In this document: one piece after another, positions 35,801 through 50,121 of the stretch
Layout of the letters: each line of letters opens with the position of its first letter
Numbering within the stretch: position 1 is the first letter of the stretch
Origin: Eledone cirrhosa
Taxonomy: Eukaryota
Assembly (NCBI GenBank): GCA_964016885.1
Contig: OZ024744.1
Coordinates: forward strand, 111,290,001-111,354,000
Length of the DNA: 64,000 nucleotides
Reading direction: 5' to 3'
The notes under the pieces: model-generated
Databases searched by the model: none
What the model saw: only the letters and a program-made list of their open reading frames with translations
What the model was told of the DNA's origin: nothing
Program-made: the position numbers and the translations under genes

Positions 35801-36074
35801 ATTTTCAAATTCTTTTAGTTTATACATTATCTTCCAACGGTTTTCAACCTCTCTATGTAAAACAATATATCTCCTCTCAGTTATAAAAACTATCTCTTTC
35901 TCTCTATCACCCATCTCTCCCTCTCATCTCCTCCCCTTTTCCATCCTTTCCACACCCCCCTCTCTAAAAAAATATTTTTCGAAATATCACACATCAATCT
36001 AAAACCACTTTTCATATGTTGATTTAAAACTGCACTATCCACAAGTGTTTTTTAGCCTTCATATCATGTTCTCC

Positions 36075-36145
36075 TGTTTTATCTGATGAAAACACAAATA
36101 TTATTGCATGATGATGTTTGTTTTTGAAATGCGCATAATAAAATA
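36075..36145 (+). ncRNA. Type I hammerhead motif (family H3), right arm
   Basis: UGUUUUAU CUGAUGA [long AU/GU stem II] GAAA UGCGCA UA AUAAAAUA. 8-bp stem I and palindromic stem III AUGCGCAU. Confidence 0.75.
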
Positions 36146-36269
36146 CATGGAACTCCTTTAACCATCTTTTGATCTTATATTATGTATAGTCCAGTCCTAC
36201 AAACTGTAGAGTGCTTCTTATCCGATATCTGCATTGCTTTATTGTACTACAATAAAACTCACCTCCTAC

Positions 36270-36357
<88 letters not shown>

Positions 36358-36384
36358 GTACATATATATACATATATATATATA

Positions 36385-36520
36385 AGGGTGAAAGCAGCGA
36401 TTCTTTGCTTAAACTTTAATCTGTTATTTTAATAAATATTTGCTCTACGGTTCTTATATATTTGATATATATTTATCCTTATTGAGCCCTCTTTGGATTT
36501 TAGTCTTCAAATTTATTATT
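36385..36520 (+). repeat. Terminal fragment of the Penelope family at 3262-5390
   Basis: Reverse complement of ~3260-3390. Confidence 0.7.
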
Positions 36521-36522
36521 AT

Positions 36523-36600
<78 letters not shown>

Positions 36601-36602
<2 letters not shown>

Positions 36603-37238
36603 TTTCTGAATTTGTGTAGCAAGATTCTTTATCTGAAATCGTGTGTTGAAACCGATATTGTTATACTTTGGGAGGGTCATGTTGCCAATAAGAAAAACAC
36701 GCACCAGTTGCTTTCACTTCAGTTTATTATATATTTATAAATTTACAAGTTTATAAATCTATAAATTTCTGGTTGGTTGGTTGGTTCCACAACCAGATAG
36801 TTGTTTATATATAGTCATAGTCCTTTCGTCACACACTCTGTGACCTCTTCAGTGACTGGGGATTCCTTTCTTTGTTTTTGTGCCTCTCCTTTGTTCTGTC
36901 CTACGCCATTTTGTTTCTGTGTGTGTGTTGTGTGCTCAGTCTGCGCATGCGCCACATCCGGGTGTCTGTGTGTGTTTATGTTCATTTATCTATTTGTTTA
37001 TTTATTTATTTATTTACATGTTACTGGTTGGTTGTTTGTTCTATGTTTGTTCTATGTTTGTTCTATGTTTGTTCTATGTGTGTGTGTGTTTTCACTTTGT
37101 CCTTAATTGTAAGTTGTGATGTTGCTGTTCCACTCATATTTTCTATTTAATTTTGGTTGTAATTCTTTTATGTTTATTGCCTCTGTAATTTGTCTAAACA
37201 TTGCATCTTTTCTATATTGTCTAAACATTGCATCTTTT
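36601..37238 (-). mobile_element. Penelope-like 3' end (GIY-YIG C-terminus plus terminal repeat), family PB
   Basis: [27 protein letters not shown]. Matches 43030-43530. Confidence 0.7.
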
Positions 37239-37242
37239 ATAT

Positions 37243-37410
<168 letters not shown>

Positions 37411-37411
37411 G

Positions 37412-37482
<71 letters not shown>

Positions 37483-38174
37483 ATATGTGTATGTGTGTAC
37501 GTTTGGCTATATAAATATCTGTCTGTGTGTGTATGTATATATGTGTATATATGCATATGTATATGTATATATATGTGTGAATATATATATATATATGAGA
37601 TTTACCCATTTGCATTGTCGAGGCTTCCAAATGACTTAAAGATATTTACTTATTGTTCCACAATGCTTCAAGCAAACTTCAATACTCTCATATATATGTT
37701 TGTATGTATATATATATATATTTAACCTGCCATTGAACCACATTGGCATATGGTTGGAAATACATGTGTCCCTAAGCGCTTTGTTCGTGTAGGGATATAT
37801 ACTTTATTATTATTCTCCTCTTGGTCGAGAAAAAATTTGGTCGTTCTGACTGTTGCTAGTTATAGCGGCAGCAGACTGACCTCCCTGCCTTTGCTTCTAT
37901 CTTTACACACGGCACTTGAAGGAATTGCTTCCACATCATTTATTCTCATCTCGGGAACAATTTTCAATAGCGCCAGTTCGTAATTTGAACTCGGGAATTT
38001 TATATTCTCCGAGTGAAAACATCCTTCTGACGAGAGTTTATCTTTGCAATGGATGCCGTAAGGACTGTCCATTTATTTTTGAGACTCGAAACCGATTCGG
38101 TAAAGGTAACCATAGTAAGTAAAGTTAATTTAAAAAAAATTATTTTGAAACTTTTTCTTATTTGCTAAACCTTG

Positions 38175-38296
<122 letters not shown>

Positions 38297-38635
38297 TGTA
38301 TGTATATATATGTTAAATATATATATATATATACATACGTATATGTATATCTCTATATATATATAAATATGTATGTGTATATGTATATATATGTGTGTAT
38401 GTATATATATATATATATAATATGTGTGAGTATGTATATGTATATGCATGTGTATGTATGTGTGTGTGTATATATATATATGCATGTATATATACTGTAT
38501 ATGTGTATAGATATGTATATGTGTATATATATGTATGTGTGTGTGTAAGTGTATGTGTATGTATATGTATATGTGTATATATATATATATATGTGTGTGT
38601 ATATATGTATATATGTATGTATGTATATATATACA

Positions 38636-38675
<40 letters not shown>

Positions 38676-38760
38676 AAGACATAAATACATCTAGACATAT
38701 ATACACACACACATATATATATATATACACATATACATATACATATATATATATATATAT

Positions 38761-39722
38761 GTGGAGGAGAAACAACAACAGCCATCCGCAGAGCCATCAG
38801 ACGAGAGGGACTAGATATCCAACTGGCCCACTCAGGTCCTTCTCTGCGCGGACAGCTAGCCAAAAGACACTCCACCAGACATGACAACTGCTGCAGACTA
38901 GCCAACTGCCCCATCAACGACAGGCTTACGTTGTATACAGACTAGAGTGTGACAAATGCAGCAACTTCTACGTAGGTAGCACCACCAGACCACTCCACAT
39001 AAGAATAAAATAACACCTCAATACTAACGCTTCCTCATTTAAGAAACACCTAGTGAAATGCAAAAACACCGACAAAACCATAACAGTTAGGATAGAAACT
39101 AAGGAAAGAAACCTCGGCAATCTTAGAATTAAGGAAGCACTAATTATGGATAAAACACAACCACCAATCAATAATAGACTAGAACTCAACACCCAATTTA
39201 TAACCTGATAGGGCTTCTAGCCCCATATTTACACACCCCACACACACACACACTTACACCTCCACTTATTCTCTCTCACACATACACACACAAAACCAGT
39301 TCTAACACCAGATAACACCTATCCCCCACATTTACGAATAGACTTATCTTCTCACACTCACACACACACACTCACATACTTAACCTTCATGCATTCTCCC
39401 ACACACTTAAACAGGCATGTATATAAAAAAAACACCTAAACAAACCCCTTTTAAAGGGAGACTACTCTTTATCCTCCTAATTTTAACTCTTTGACATTAG
39501 AGATAGAACAGATAATCTATACTATTTCCTGTCAGCATGGCTTGGCAAGATATTTAGAACGCTGGTTTGAGACCTTTATTTCCCTCTGAAGAAGAGATAT
39601 TATCTCGAAAATTAAGGACGTTTAAAATAAATCTAAGGTAAAAGACGAATTATCAACAATATCTTTTGCAATTGCATTCTTTTTTCTATGTCCATACCTG
39701 CATTGTTTTGTCTTTATTATAC
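38761..39722 (+). mobile_element. Penelope-like 3' fragment (GIY-YIG plus terminal repeat), family PD
   Basis: Homologous to the reverse complement of 59730-60745. Encodes VVYRLEC...YVGST. Confidence 0.85.
39583..39617 (+). ncRNA. Minimal type I hammerhead motif (family H4)
   Basis: CCU CUGAAGA A GAGAU-AUU-AUCUC GAAA AU UA AGG, with an extra A before stem II. Copies at 59836-59870 (-) and 61207-61241 (+) read CCGAAGA. Confidence 0.55.
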
Positions 39723-39724
39723 AT

Positions 39725-39832
39725 AAATCCCGCCGAGGTTGACTTTGCCTTTCATCCTTACGGGGTCGATAAAATAAAGTACCAGTAATGCACTGGGTAA
39801 TTGCTGGCTTTGTGCCAAAAGTAGAAACAATT
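39725..39832 (+). mobile_element. SINE S1 3' half
   Basis: AAATCCCGCCGAGG...GTAGAAACAATTA. Confidence 0.75.
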
Positions 39833-39849
39833 ATACATATTCAAACGTT

Positions 39850-39892
<43 letters not shown>

Positions 39893-40038
39893 TTTGAGTA
39901 TATGTTGGTTGTATACCAACACCTCAGTAAGCAGGTTGCAGCACTCGACGAAGTGCGCAGGTTGGTTTGGTTACTCCGGAGTAATGTAAAATAAAGTTAA
40001 ACAAAAAGTCAAATGTTTAAAATTTAGCTTCGTTTATT

Positions 40039-40095
40039 ACTGCTATATATATATTTCAGTGACAGCCATCTTTGGCTGTGACCTCTTCAGGCAGT
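40039..40095 (-). ncRNA. Type I hammerhead motif (family H5)
   Basis: Minus: ACUGC CUGAAGA GGU-C-ACAGCCA-AAGA-UGGCUGU-C-ACU GAAA UAUAUAUA UA GCAGU, then AAUAAA. A second copy lies at 53940-53994. Confidence 0.8.
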
Positions 40096-40475
40096 TTGAA
40101 TTAGTGTGGTATAGACAAGTTCATATGTTGTTGAGGTGTATAATTTTTTCAATAGTCTGATATGCCCAGTTCCTGGTTGGGTTGTTATTTCACTGATGAA
40201 CTGGAATCATATGAATTCAAACAAACGAATTTCAGTGTCAAAGGGCCTCTTCTCCTCTCATTGGTCAGTTATTAGAACATTCCTCATTCTAAGTGTTGTT
40301 ATTGTTGGGGTTAGCTTTAAAAATTGATAAAGTGGTAGAAGAGACAAGGTGTTAAAGGAACAAAATAACAAAAAAAGTGTCAAACTTCCCATTGGTCAGT
40401 TCTGAGAGCATTCCTCAATCAGAAGTCTATAGAATTCTTTCTGGGGTGAGGCTACAGGTATGGGGTAACTACCAG

Positions 40476-40554
40476 ACACCCAGACAGCTTTCGGTGAAAC
40501 TGTTTCGCAATTTTAGTGAAGAAGATTACCAATTCTTTGCTCATCAGTGGGTGT
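40476..40554 (-). ncRNA. Full type I hammerhead ribozyme (family H6)
   Basis: Minus: ACACCCA CUGAUGA GCAA-(26 nt)-UUGC GAAA CAGUUUCACCGAAAGCUG UC UGGGUGU. 7-bp stem I, stable stem III and GUC site. Confidence 0.85.
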
Positions 40555-40716
40555 AAAATTAGTAAACTCTTCACTTCTAAGAAGACTGAATATTGTGCGT
40601 ATATAAAATAACGCACATGGCATCAATACCAAGCGTGTCTCACAAACGTATGCTGCTAAACATAACAGCCAAGTTTACTCGACATTTAAGTTAGCTCAAC
40701 AAATTGACGGGGCCGA

Positions 40717-40842
40717 ATATATCAAAGGTATATATTGAGTTAGAAACTCAAAATAATCTCTTACAATTAAATAGCTCAAGGAAAGAGATTTTTTCGAGCC
40801 GTAAGAGACTATTTTGAGTTTCTAACTCAATATATACCTTTG

Positions 40843-40848
<6 letters not shown>
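40717..40848. repeat. Inverted repeat, 48-bp arms
   Basis: ATATATCAAAGG...TCTCTTAC (40717-40764) pairs with GTAAGAGA...CCTTTGATATAT (40801-40848), one mismatch. Confidence 0.85.
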
Positions 40849-40873
<25 letters not shown>

Positions 40874-40874
40874 T

Positions 40875-41219
40875 CATCATCATCATCATCATCATTTTAC
40901 GTCCGCTTTTCCCTGCTTGCAAGGGTGGGACGGGAACTGATTCTGGCTTGATTTCTACAGCTGGATGCCCTTCCTAACACCAACCTCATTTACAGTGAGT
41001 GCTGGGTGCTTTTAATCCGTGGCACCTCCACGACCACTTTGCAGTGGAATGATAGGGACTGGAACTTCAGTCCCTATCATCTCATTTCTACAGCTGAGTA
41101 AACTGGAATGTGAAATAAAGTGTCTTGCTCAAGGAAACAACACATCACCTGGTCTGAGAATTGAACTCACAACCTTTCGATTGCAAGGCCAATGCTCTAA
41201 CCACTAAGCCATGTGCCTA
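40875..41219 (-). mobile_element. tRNA-derived SINE (family S2) with CORE-like segment and (GAT)n tail
   Basis: Minus: AGGCACATGGCTTAGTGGTTAGAGC (A box), GAGTTCAATTC (B box), TCCTTGAGCAAGACACTT, and 3' GGAAAAGCGGACGTAAAATGATGATG. Confidence 0.75.
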
Positions 41220-41221
41220 TG

Positions 41222-43634
<2,413 letters not shown>

Positions 43635-44029
43635 TTATGTAATAACAACATAAGGCAATTATTTCATTTACCAGTGGTTTCTTAAAAGCAAACAAATTTT
43701 GCTTTCAATCATCAGAATGAAAAAATCCTGGTGTATTTATTGACATTGGATTTTAAGACAAAAATATAATCTATATGAAAGTGAGGCTGGAAAAGGAAGA
43801 AGGAAAGGAAAAATAAACACACATGCACACACACACACAATTACATACACACACATATATACATACACACACATATACACACACACATACACACACATAT
43901 ATATGTATATATATATATAAATATACATACACATACATATACACATACATACATACACACATATATATCAACATATCCATACATACACATACACACAAAT
44001 ACAAAAACACGCACACACACACACACACA

Positions 44030-44085
<56 letters not shown>

Positions 44086-44452
44086 CAAACAATCATACAT
44101 ATATACACACACATACATACACACATATATACACGCATACATACGCATGCACAAATATAGATATATGTACACACACCTACATACGCACACGCACAAATAA
44201 TTATAAGAAAAAATATAATAATAAAAATACCGTCACGTAAGAATAACAATGAATATAAAAATTATTATAGTGTTGACAGCGATACAGGCAACAAATAAAT
44301 GTAAACACACGTGGTAAGCAATACACACAATTGCACATACACATACATACGTAAAAATAAATACATACACACACACATATACATATACATATACACATAC
44401 ATACACATACACATAAACATATACACACACACACATATACATATATACATAT

Positions 44453-44603
<151 letters not shown>

Positions 44604-44718
44604 TACACATACATATTCATACATATACACAACCACTTACATACAAAAACATATGCACACATATGTATGTGTGTAAAACTCATTCTTAGATGTATTCATA
44701 TGAACCTTGTTTAACTCT

Positions 44719-44803
<85 letters not shown>

Positions 44804-44911
44804 AAAAGTTCTATTTAAAATTGTTGGGATACAACAAGTAAATATTTTTATAACTGATATAAAGCACTCGACAAGTATTTGGAGTAGATATACGATATTA
44901 ATATCGTATAT

Positions 44912-44961
<50 letters not shown>

Positions 44962-45179
44962 ATTAGAGTTAAAACTCCAATTGGAACCCTGTAACTATTA
45001 AGCTCCAAGTATAAAAGTACTGAGCCGATTAATAATATATAGTAAGAAACACAGTAAACCGTGTGTCTAAAATTACAAGGGTTGAAAAACCACATTTGTT
45101 TGAAATATTCAACCAAGAAGCAGACAGAATGATAAAATAAAAATATATTATTATACAAACCGCCTCAATAACCATTATA

Positions 45180-45259
45180 TCTCTCGGACAGATTATCCCT
45201 AATCTGTTTCGCCCTGAGTGTGCTTGTAACAGATAATCCTGGGCATCATCAGCGAGAGA
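45180..45259 (-). ncRNA. Full type I hammerhead ribozyme (family H7)
   Basis: Minus: UCUCUCG CUGAUGA U GCCC-(26 nt)-GGGC GAAA CAGAUUA-GGGA-UAAUCUG UC CGAGAGA, with AAUAAA ~25 nt downstream. Confidence 0.88.
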
Positions 45260-45507
45260 ATCTGATTAAATGCAACAAACACAATTTGCCAACGTTCACA
45301 CAGAAAGATGAATTTGTCACCTCGTGACATATATATATATGTAAAAGTTCTATTTAAATTGTTGGGATACAACAAGCAAATATTTTTATAACTGGTATAA
45401 AGCACTCAACAAATATTTGGAGTAAAAACTATCCGGGAGCTTCCAACAGTAATGGTTGTTTTTTTTAAGGGTATGTCAATATTTATTTATAAAACTGATC
45501 TATATTA

Positions 45508-45572
45508 TATTTTATCTGATGAAAGCACACCATAATTTAACTTGGTGTCCTTGAAATATGTATAATGAAATA
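45508..45572 (+). ncRNA. Type I hammerhead motif (family H8, variant stem II)
   Basis: UAUUUUAU CUGAUGA AAG-C-ACACCA-loop-UGGUGU-C-CUU GAAA UAUGUA UA AUGAAAUA. Confidence 0.75.
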
Positions 45573-45728
45573 AATATGGTTTTATAAATATAGTTTCCAT
45601 TTGTTAATATCGTATATATATATATATATACACACACTCACAAATACAACAGAAGCATATAAAATACAATTATATACACACATACATATACATACAGATA
45701 TATAAACATACATATACACATACTTATC

Positions 45729-45802
<74 letters not shown>

Positions 45803-45805
<3 letters not shown>

Positions 45806-46985
45806 GATATTAAACAAATGGAAACTATATTTATAAAACCATATTTATTTCATTATCAGGGATACCATATTAAAAATATGGCATGCCTTCGTCAGTTAAA
45901 ATACAATATATAAACAGTTTTATAAATAATTTTGACGTACCCTATTATAAGCGACCATTATATTAGGAAGCTGTCTGGATAGTGATTTGTTTATAATTAT
46001 TTAGTTATAGTGTTAAGCACAGTTAGAAAAAAGACGGAGAGAAAGAGAAAACGGAGGCAAAGAAAAAAACAGAGAGAGAAAGGGGAGAGAAAAAGAAGAA
46101 GATATATATAAATAGATAGGAGGAAGTGAAAAAGAAACAAGAAAGAAATAAGAGAGGCAAACGAAAGCAACAGAGAAATAATAATTCACCATACATATAG
46201 AGAAACTCAAGAGAGAAGAAGTACTATATAGAGAGAGAAGGATAATAATTATTTAGTTATAGTGTTAAGCACAGTTAGAAAAAAGACGGAGAGAAAAAAA
46301 CGGTGAGAAAAAAACGGAGAGAGAGAGGGGAGAGGAAAAGAAGGAGAGAGAGAAAATATAAATAGATAGGAGGAAGTGAAAAAGAAACAAGAAAGAAATA
46401 AGAGAGGCAAATGAAAGCAACAGAGAGATAATAATTCATCATACATATAGAGAAACTCAAGAGAGAGGAAGTATTATATATAGAGAGAAGGATACAGTTA
46501 CATCTTTACGTCATGTCATATCAAGTTGAATTATCAATTCATATGAAATGGATAATAAAAATGCAAATATCAATATTCATGAATGAGACATAGATATATA
46601 ATATGAGAAAATAACATTGTTCAATAATGACCATGTTTAGTTTAAAACTCTGAAGTCAATATACCAAAATCTGATTTAAAACCTTCAAAAAATTTACCCT
46701 ATTTATAAAAATACGGATACATATATGCATATATAAATACACGCATATGTACGTTCTGAAAAAAGAAAAAAAAAAAAAAAGAAAATTATGTCTAACTCTA
46801 GTCAATAATATAGACATACAAATGACTTCACCTGATCACTTCTATAATTTCTTGTGTTATAAAAATTTCTTGTGTTATAAAAAATTTCACTGTATATATA
46901 TACATAAAATATACGATTAATATTCATGTCCTCACATATATGATTACCGTTCATGTATTTAATATTATATTAACATATACAGAAC

Positions 46986-47021
<36 letters not shown>

Positions 47022-48360
47022 TAAAATATCTGCGTGAGTTTTCCAGCATCTTTACGCACATATACAGACATATGAACACATAAATAAACTCTATAAACCT
47101 TTTATATGCATGTTAATACACACAGATGGCCTTTGTATAGAGATAATCAAATATCAATATATTAGCACAGAAACATCAAAACATTAAAATACTTTTACCA
47201 CACTATAGAGTATCTCAGGCCAAAAACAATATGCTTCATATATTTATTATAGAAATCTATCCTACCTATATTTCAAACAAGATATTGCAAAGTTATTAGA
47301 AGCTATCAGAGTCAAAAAGCAAATAAAAAGCAACAATTATTTAAAAGATTTAGAAGACCCAGTGATTCTACGGATGCCCTTATATTTAGTATAGAAATTT
47401 ATCTTGCGTAAAATTTATTTAATACATTGGGAGCATATATATTTTAGAGTAGTTTATTATATCTTTGTTTATATTTAGGAAGAAGGTTTAAAAAGAAAAA
47501 GGTGAAGGAATCAAATGATTTATCGTCAGGTTACATATATTAACTAAATTTCTTAATTAATTATACTACATTTTAAATTTATATTTATATTTAAACGTTG
47601 AGTTCAATCTATGTCTGCAGCAACTGAATAAATTGATCCTTAAATTAAGGGAATTTTTGGACTTTAATATAAAGAATATTTTCTCCACACAGAGATCACA
47701 TGTCTCTGATGAGGAATTAAAAGGAATCCCTTTTGAGACAATATTCCATAACATCGAATACTTAACATTATCTCGTTTAAGTTGCCAGAGTAGGCTTGAG
47801 AGCGAAGTTGAGGATTTTTTGTTTGGATCTGTGAAAGAATTCTTATGATTATTGAAGCGAAGTTTAAATTCTGTCGAGGTGGAACCAACATAGTTGAAAG
47901 AATTTAAGTTAGTTTTAACATTACAATTGTACACTACATTTTTAGCTAAGCAATTGTTATTTAACGGACAGTTAGATTTATTTCTACAGTTACAGTTATT
48001 TAATTGAATATTGTTTGGGTTATTATTGGTATTTTGGTTAGGTTTTAAATTCCTATTATTAATTCTGTTAATATTTTGTGCTAAATTTTTGGTGGACGAG
48101 TAAGTTAATTTTATAGTGTGTCTATTAAAAATTGAGTGATATTTATGTGTTCTAGGGAAGCGTTTGTCAAGAGCATTAAAGAATAGTTTAGCAATATGGG
48201 TTTTAATATTTAGTGGAAAAGGGGGGGGACCATATTATATTTCTAGTTCTATTTCTTTTTCGGCTTTTGGAATTATTGTAATGTTTTCTATTATAGTTGT
48301 TAATGTTGTTACCGTAATTAAAGTTGTTATTATTTTCGTTAGTTTGCTTATTATTATCGA
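45803..48360 (-). mobile_element. Penelope-like element, family PA: GIY-YIG remnant (47566-48250), long 3' region with a ~245-bp tandem duplication (~46000-46495) and a deleted hammerhead
   Basis: CNCRNKSNCPLNNNC, VVYNC...YVGST, CDLCVEK...CCRH. The 3' region matches 62473-63420. Confidence 0.8.
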
Positions 48361-48396
48361 TGTATTTAATTTTATCTCTATATCCTGCTCTAGCTA

Positions 48397-49305
48397 ACGC
48401 TTCATTGTAATGGATTTGGTGTTACATTTGCCCAATAAAGGGCATTCATCCGGCTTCCTGCAACTGCAACTGCATCTAGATTTATTCTCGTTTGATTGGA
48501 ATTAGGGATTTTAGACTTCATTGATGGGCAGCAAGAGTAACTGATTTTAACTACATTTCTATTAAATATCTTATAATATCTATGATTAGGAGGAAAATGT
48601 TTATCTAAGAGGTCAAGGAATTTCCTTCCTACATTAGTTTTGACAGTTAGAGAGAAGGGAGTGTAAACCAAATAATTTTCCTTTTCCTATTTATGTGGTT
48701 AGTTTTAGGGGGGTAGTTTTAGGTAAATAATTAATTTGTTCTGTAAATCCGCTGTTATTAAGGGCTTTAGTATAATAAGGAGCGGCTTTATTTAAAATGT
48801 CTAGAGACGAAGATAAGGTAAAAATCCTACGGCTAATGTTGGGAATAAGATTTTTTAAAACTATAGGGGGATGGCAAGACTCTTTGTGTATATACCTAAG
48901 ATGTTCGTTAGGTTTATGATAAGGTTTAAAAGAGGCAGTAAGTAGATCAAGATTAATGTCAAGAAAGTTAGCATTGGTAAGGTTCGTATCTATAGTGATT
49001 TTAAGGTTAAGATTAGCAAAAGTATTGATTAAATCTTTACGGAATTTATCAAGGTTATGGCCGTTGGTGGTATGAGAAACTGCCAATCCGTCGTCACGGT
49101 ATAAACCGATATTATGGGAAGGAAATTTCTCTTTGAGGGTGTGGGGAAGGAATAATCCTTCTAAGTCACACACATCCGCACTGTCATATGAACCCATTGC
49201 AACATCAAAAGAGTTTTCAGGGTTTGACTTTTTAACCCAAATACTTTCATTCAAGATGACAATAGTTCCATATGACTGATTTTCACAAAAAACATTCCTG
49301 GTCAA
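48397..49305 (-). pseudogene. Penelope-like RT C-terminus and linker, frameshifted, separate copy
   Basis: FDVAMGSYDSADVCDLEG, GLYRDDGL, FLDINLDL, SCHPP, KIFNRNVVKISYSC. Confidence 0.85.
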
Positions 49306-49651
49306 ATATATATTAAATTAAGGTTAATAGTATGAATACTACAGGTCATTCTTAAATTGAGGAATTTATGTGGAGTGGTGTTACTGAAATTTATGGTTGG
49401 AGTAGAAAATTTACAAATAAAAAGACTTATGTAGGTTGGCTTGCACGTACACTTACACCCACCTCCACAGACACACACACACATCCACACATACAAAATG
49501 TGGGGTGGTAATACTTAAAATAATGGTTAGAGTCCAATACATAGATAGTTTAGAAAATTTAGAAATAAAAGGTTTATGCTGGTTGACTTGTACATACACT
49601 CACACCTATCCCCTCAGACACTCACACATCTACACACACAAATCCATACAG

Positions 49652-49690
<39 letters not shown>

Positions 49691-50121
49691 CATGTATGTA
49701 CGCACAAGTATATATATATGTAAAATATATATATATATATATACACAGAACATACATATATATAAAATATATACATATAAAAATATAAAAAATATATATA
49801 TACATAAAATACACACATACATAAAATATATACTCACATAAAACATACATACATATATATATATATATAAAATACACATACATATACATATATATATAAA
49901 ATATACACATATAATATATATACACATGATATATATATACATATATAAAATCAGGTTCAATAAAACGTGGTTTAGATGACTCCTAACCAGTAGAGGATCC
50001 GATGGACCATCCACCATAGGGACCACAAACTATGGGTGGTTGTTGTTGTCCATTGGTCATTGGTACGGGGTGTATGGGACCTACAGGGGGGGGGGGCATT
50101 GTGGGAGGCCGTAACCGGGGT

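Larger units (their letters stand above)
32764..36182 (-). mobile_element. 5'-truncated Penelope-like element with ~1.25-kb inverted terminal copy (32764-34010 / 34924-36182)
   Basis: The arms are near-identical reverse complements. The spacer encodes WYNAPFS, KIFNKHTIKFSYS, CNCRIKNKCPLNNHC and LIYEC...YFGST on the minus strand. Confidence 0.9.

Noticed and set aside
32764-36182. DNA transposon with long terminal inverted repeats
   Set aside because: The arms contain the end of the GIY-YIG ORF and hammerheads, and no transposase is present. This fits an inverted Penelope structure.
38025-38075. CTGACGA followed by a short hairpin
   Set aside because: No correctly placed GAAA and no stem I or III.
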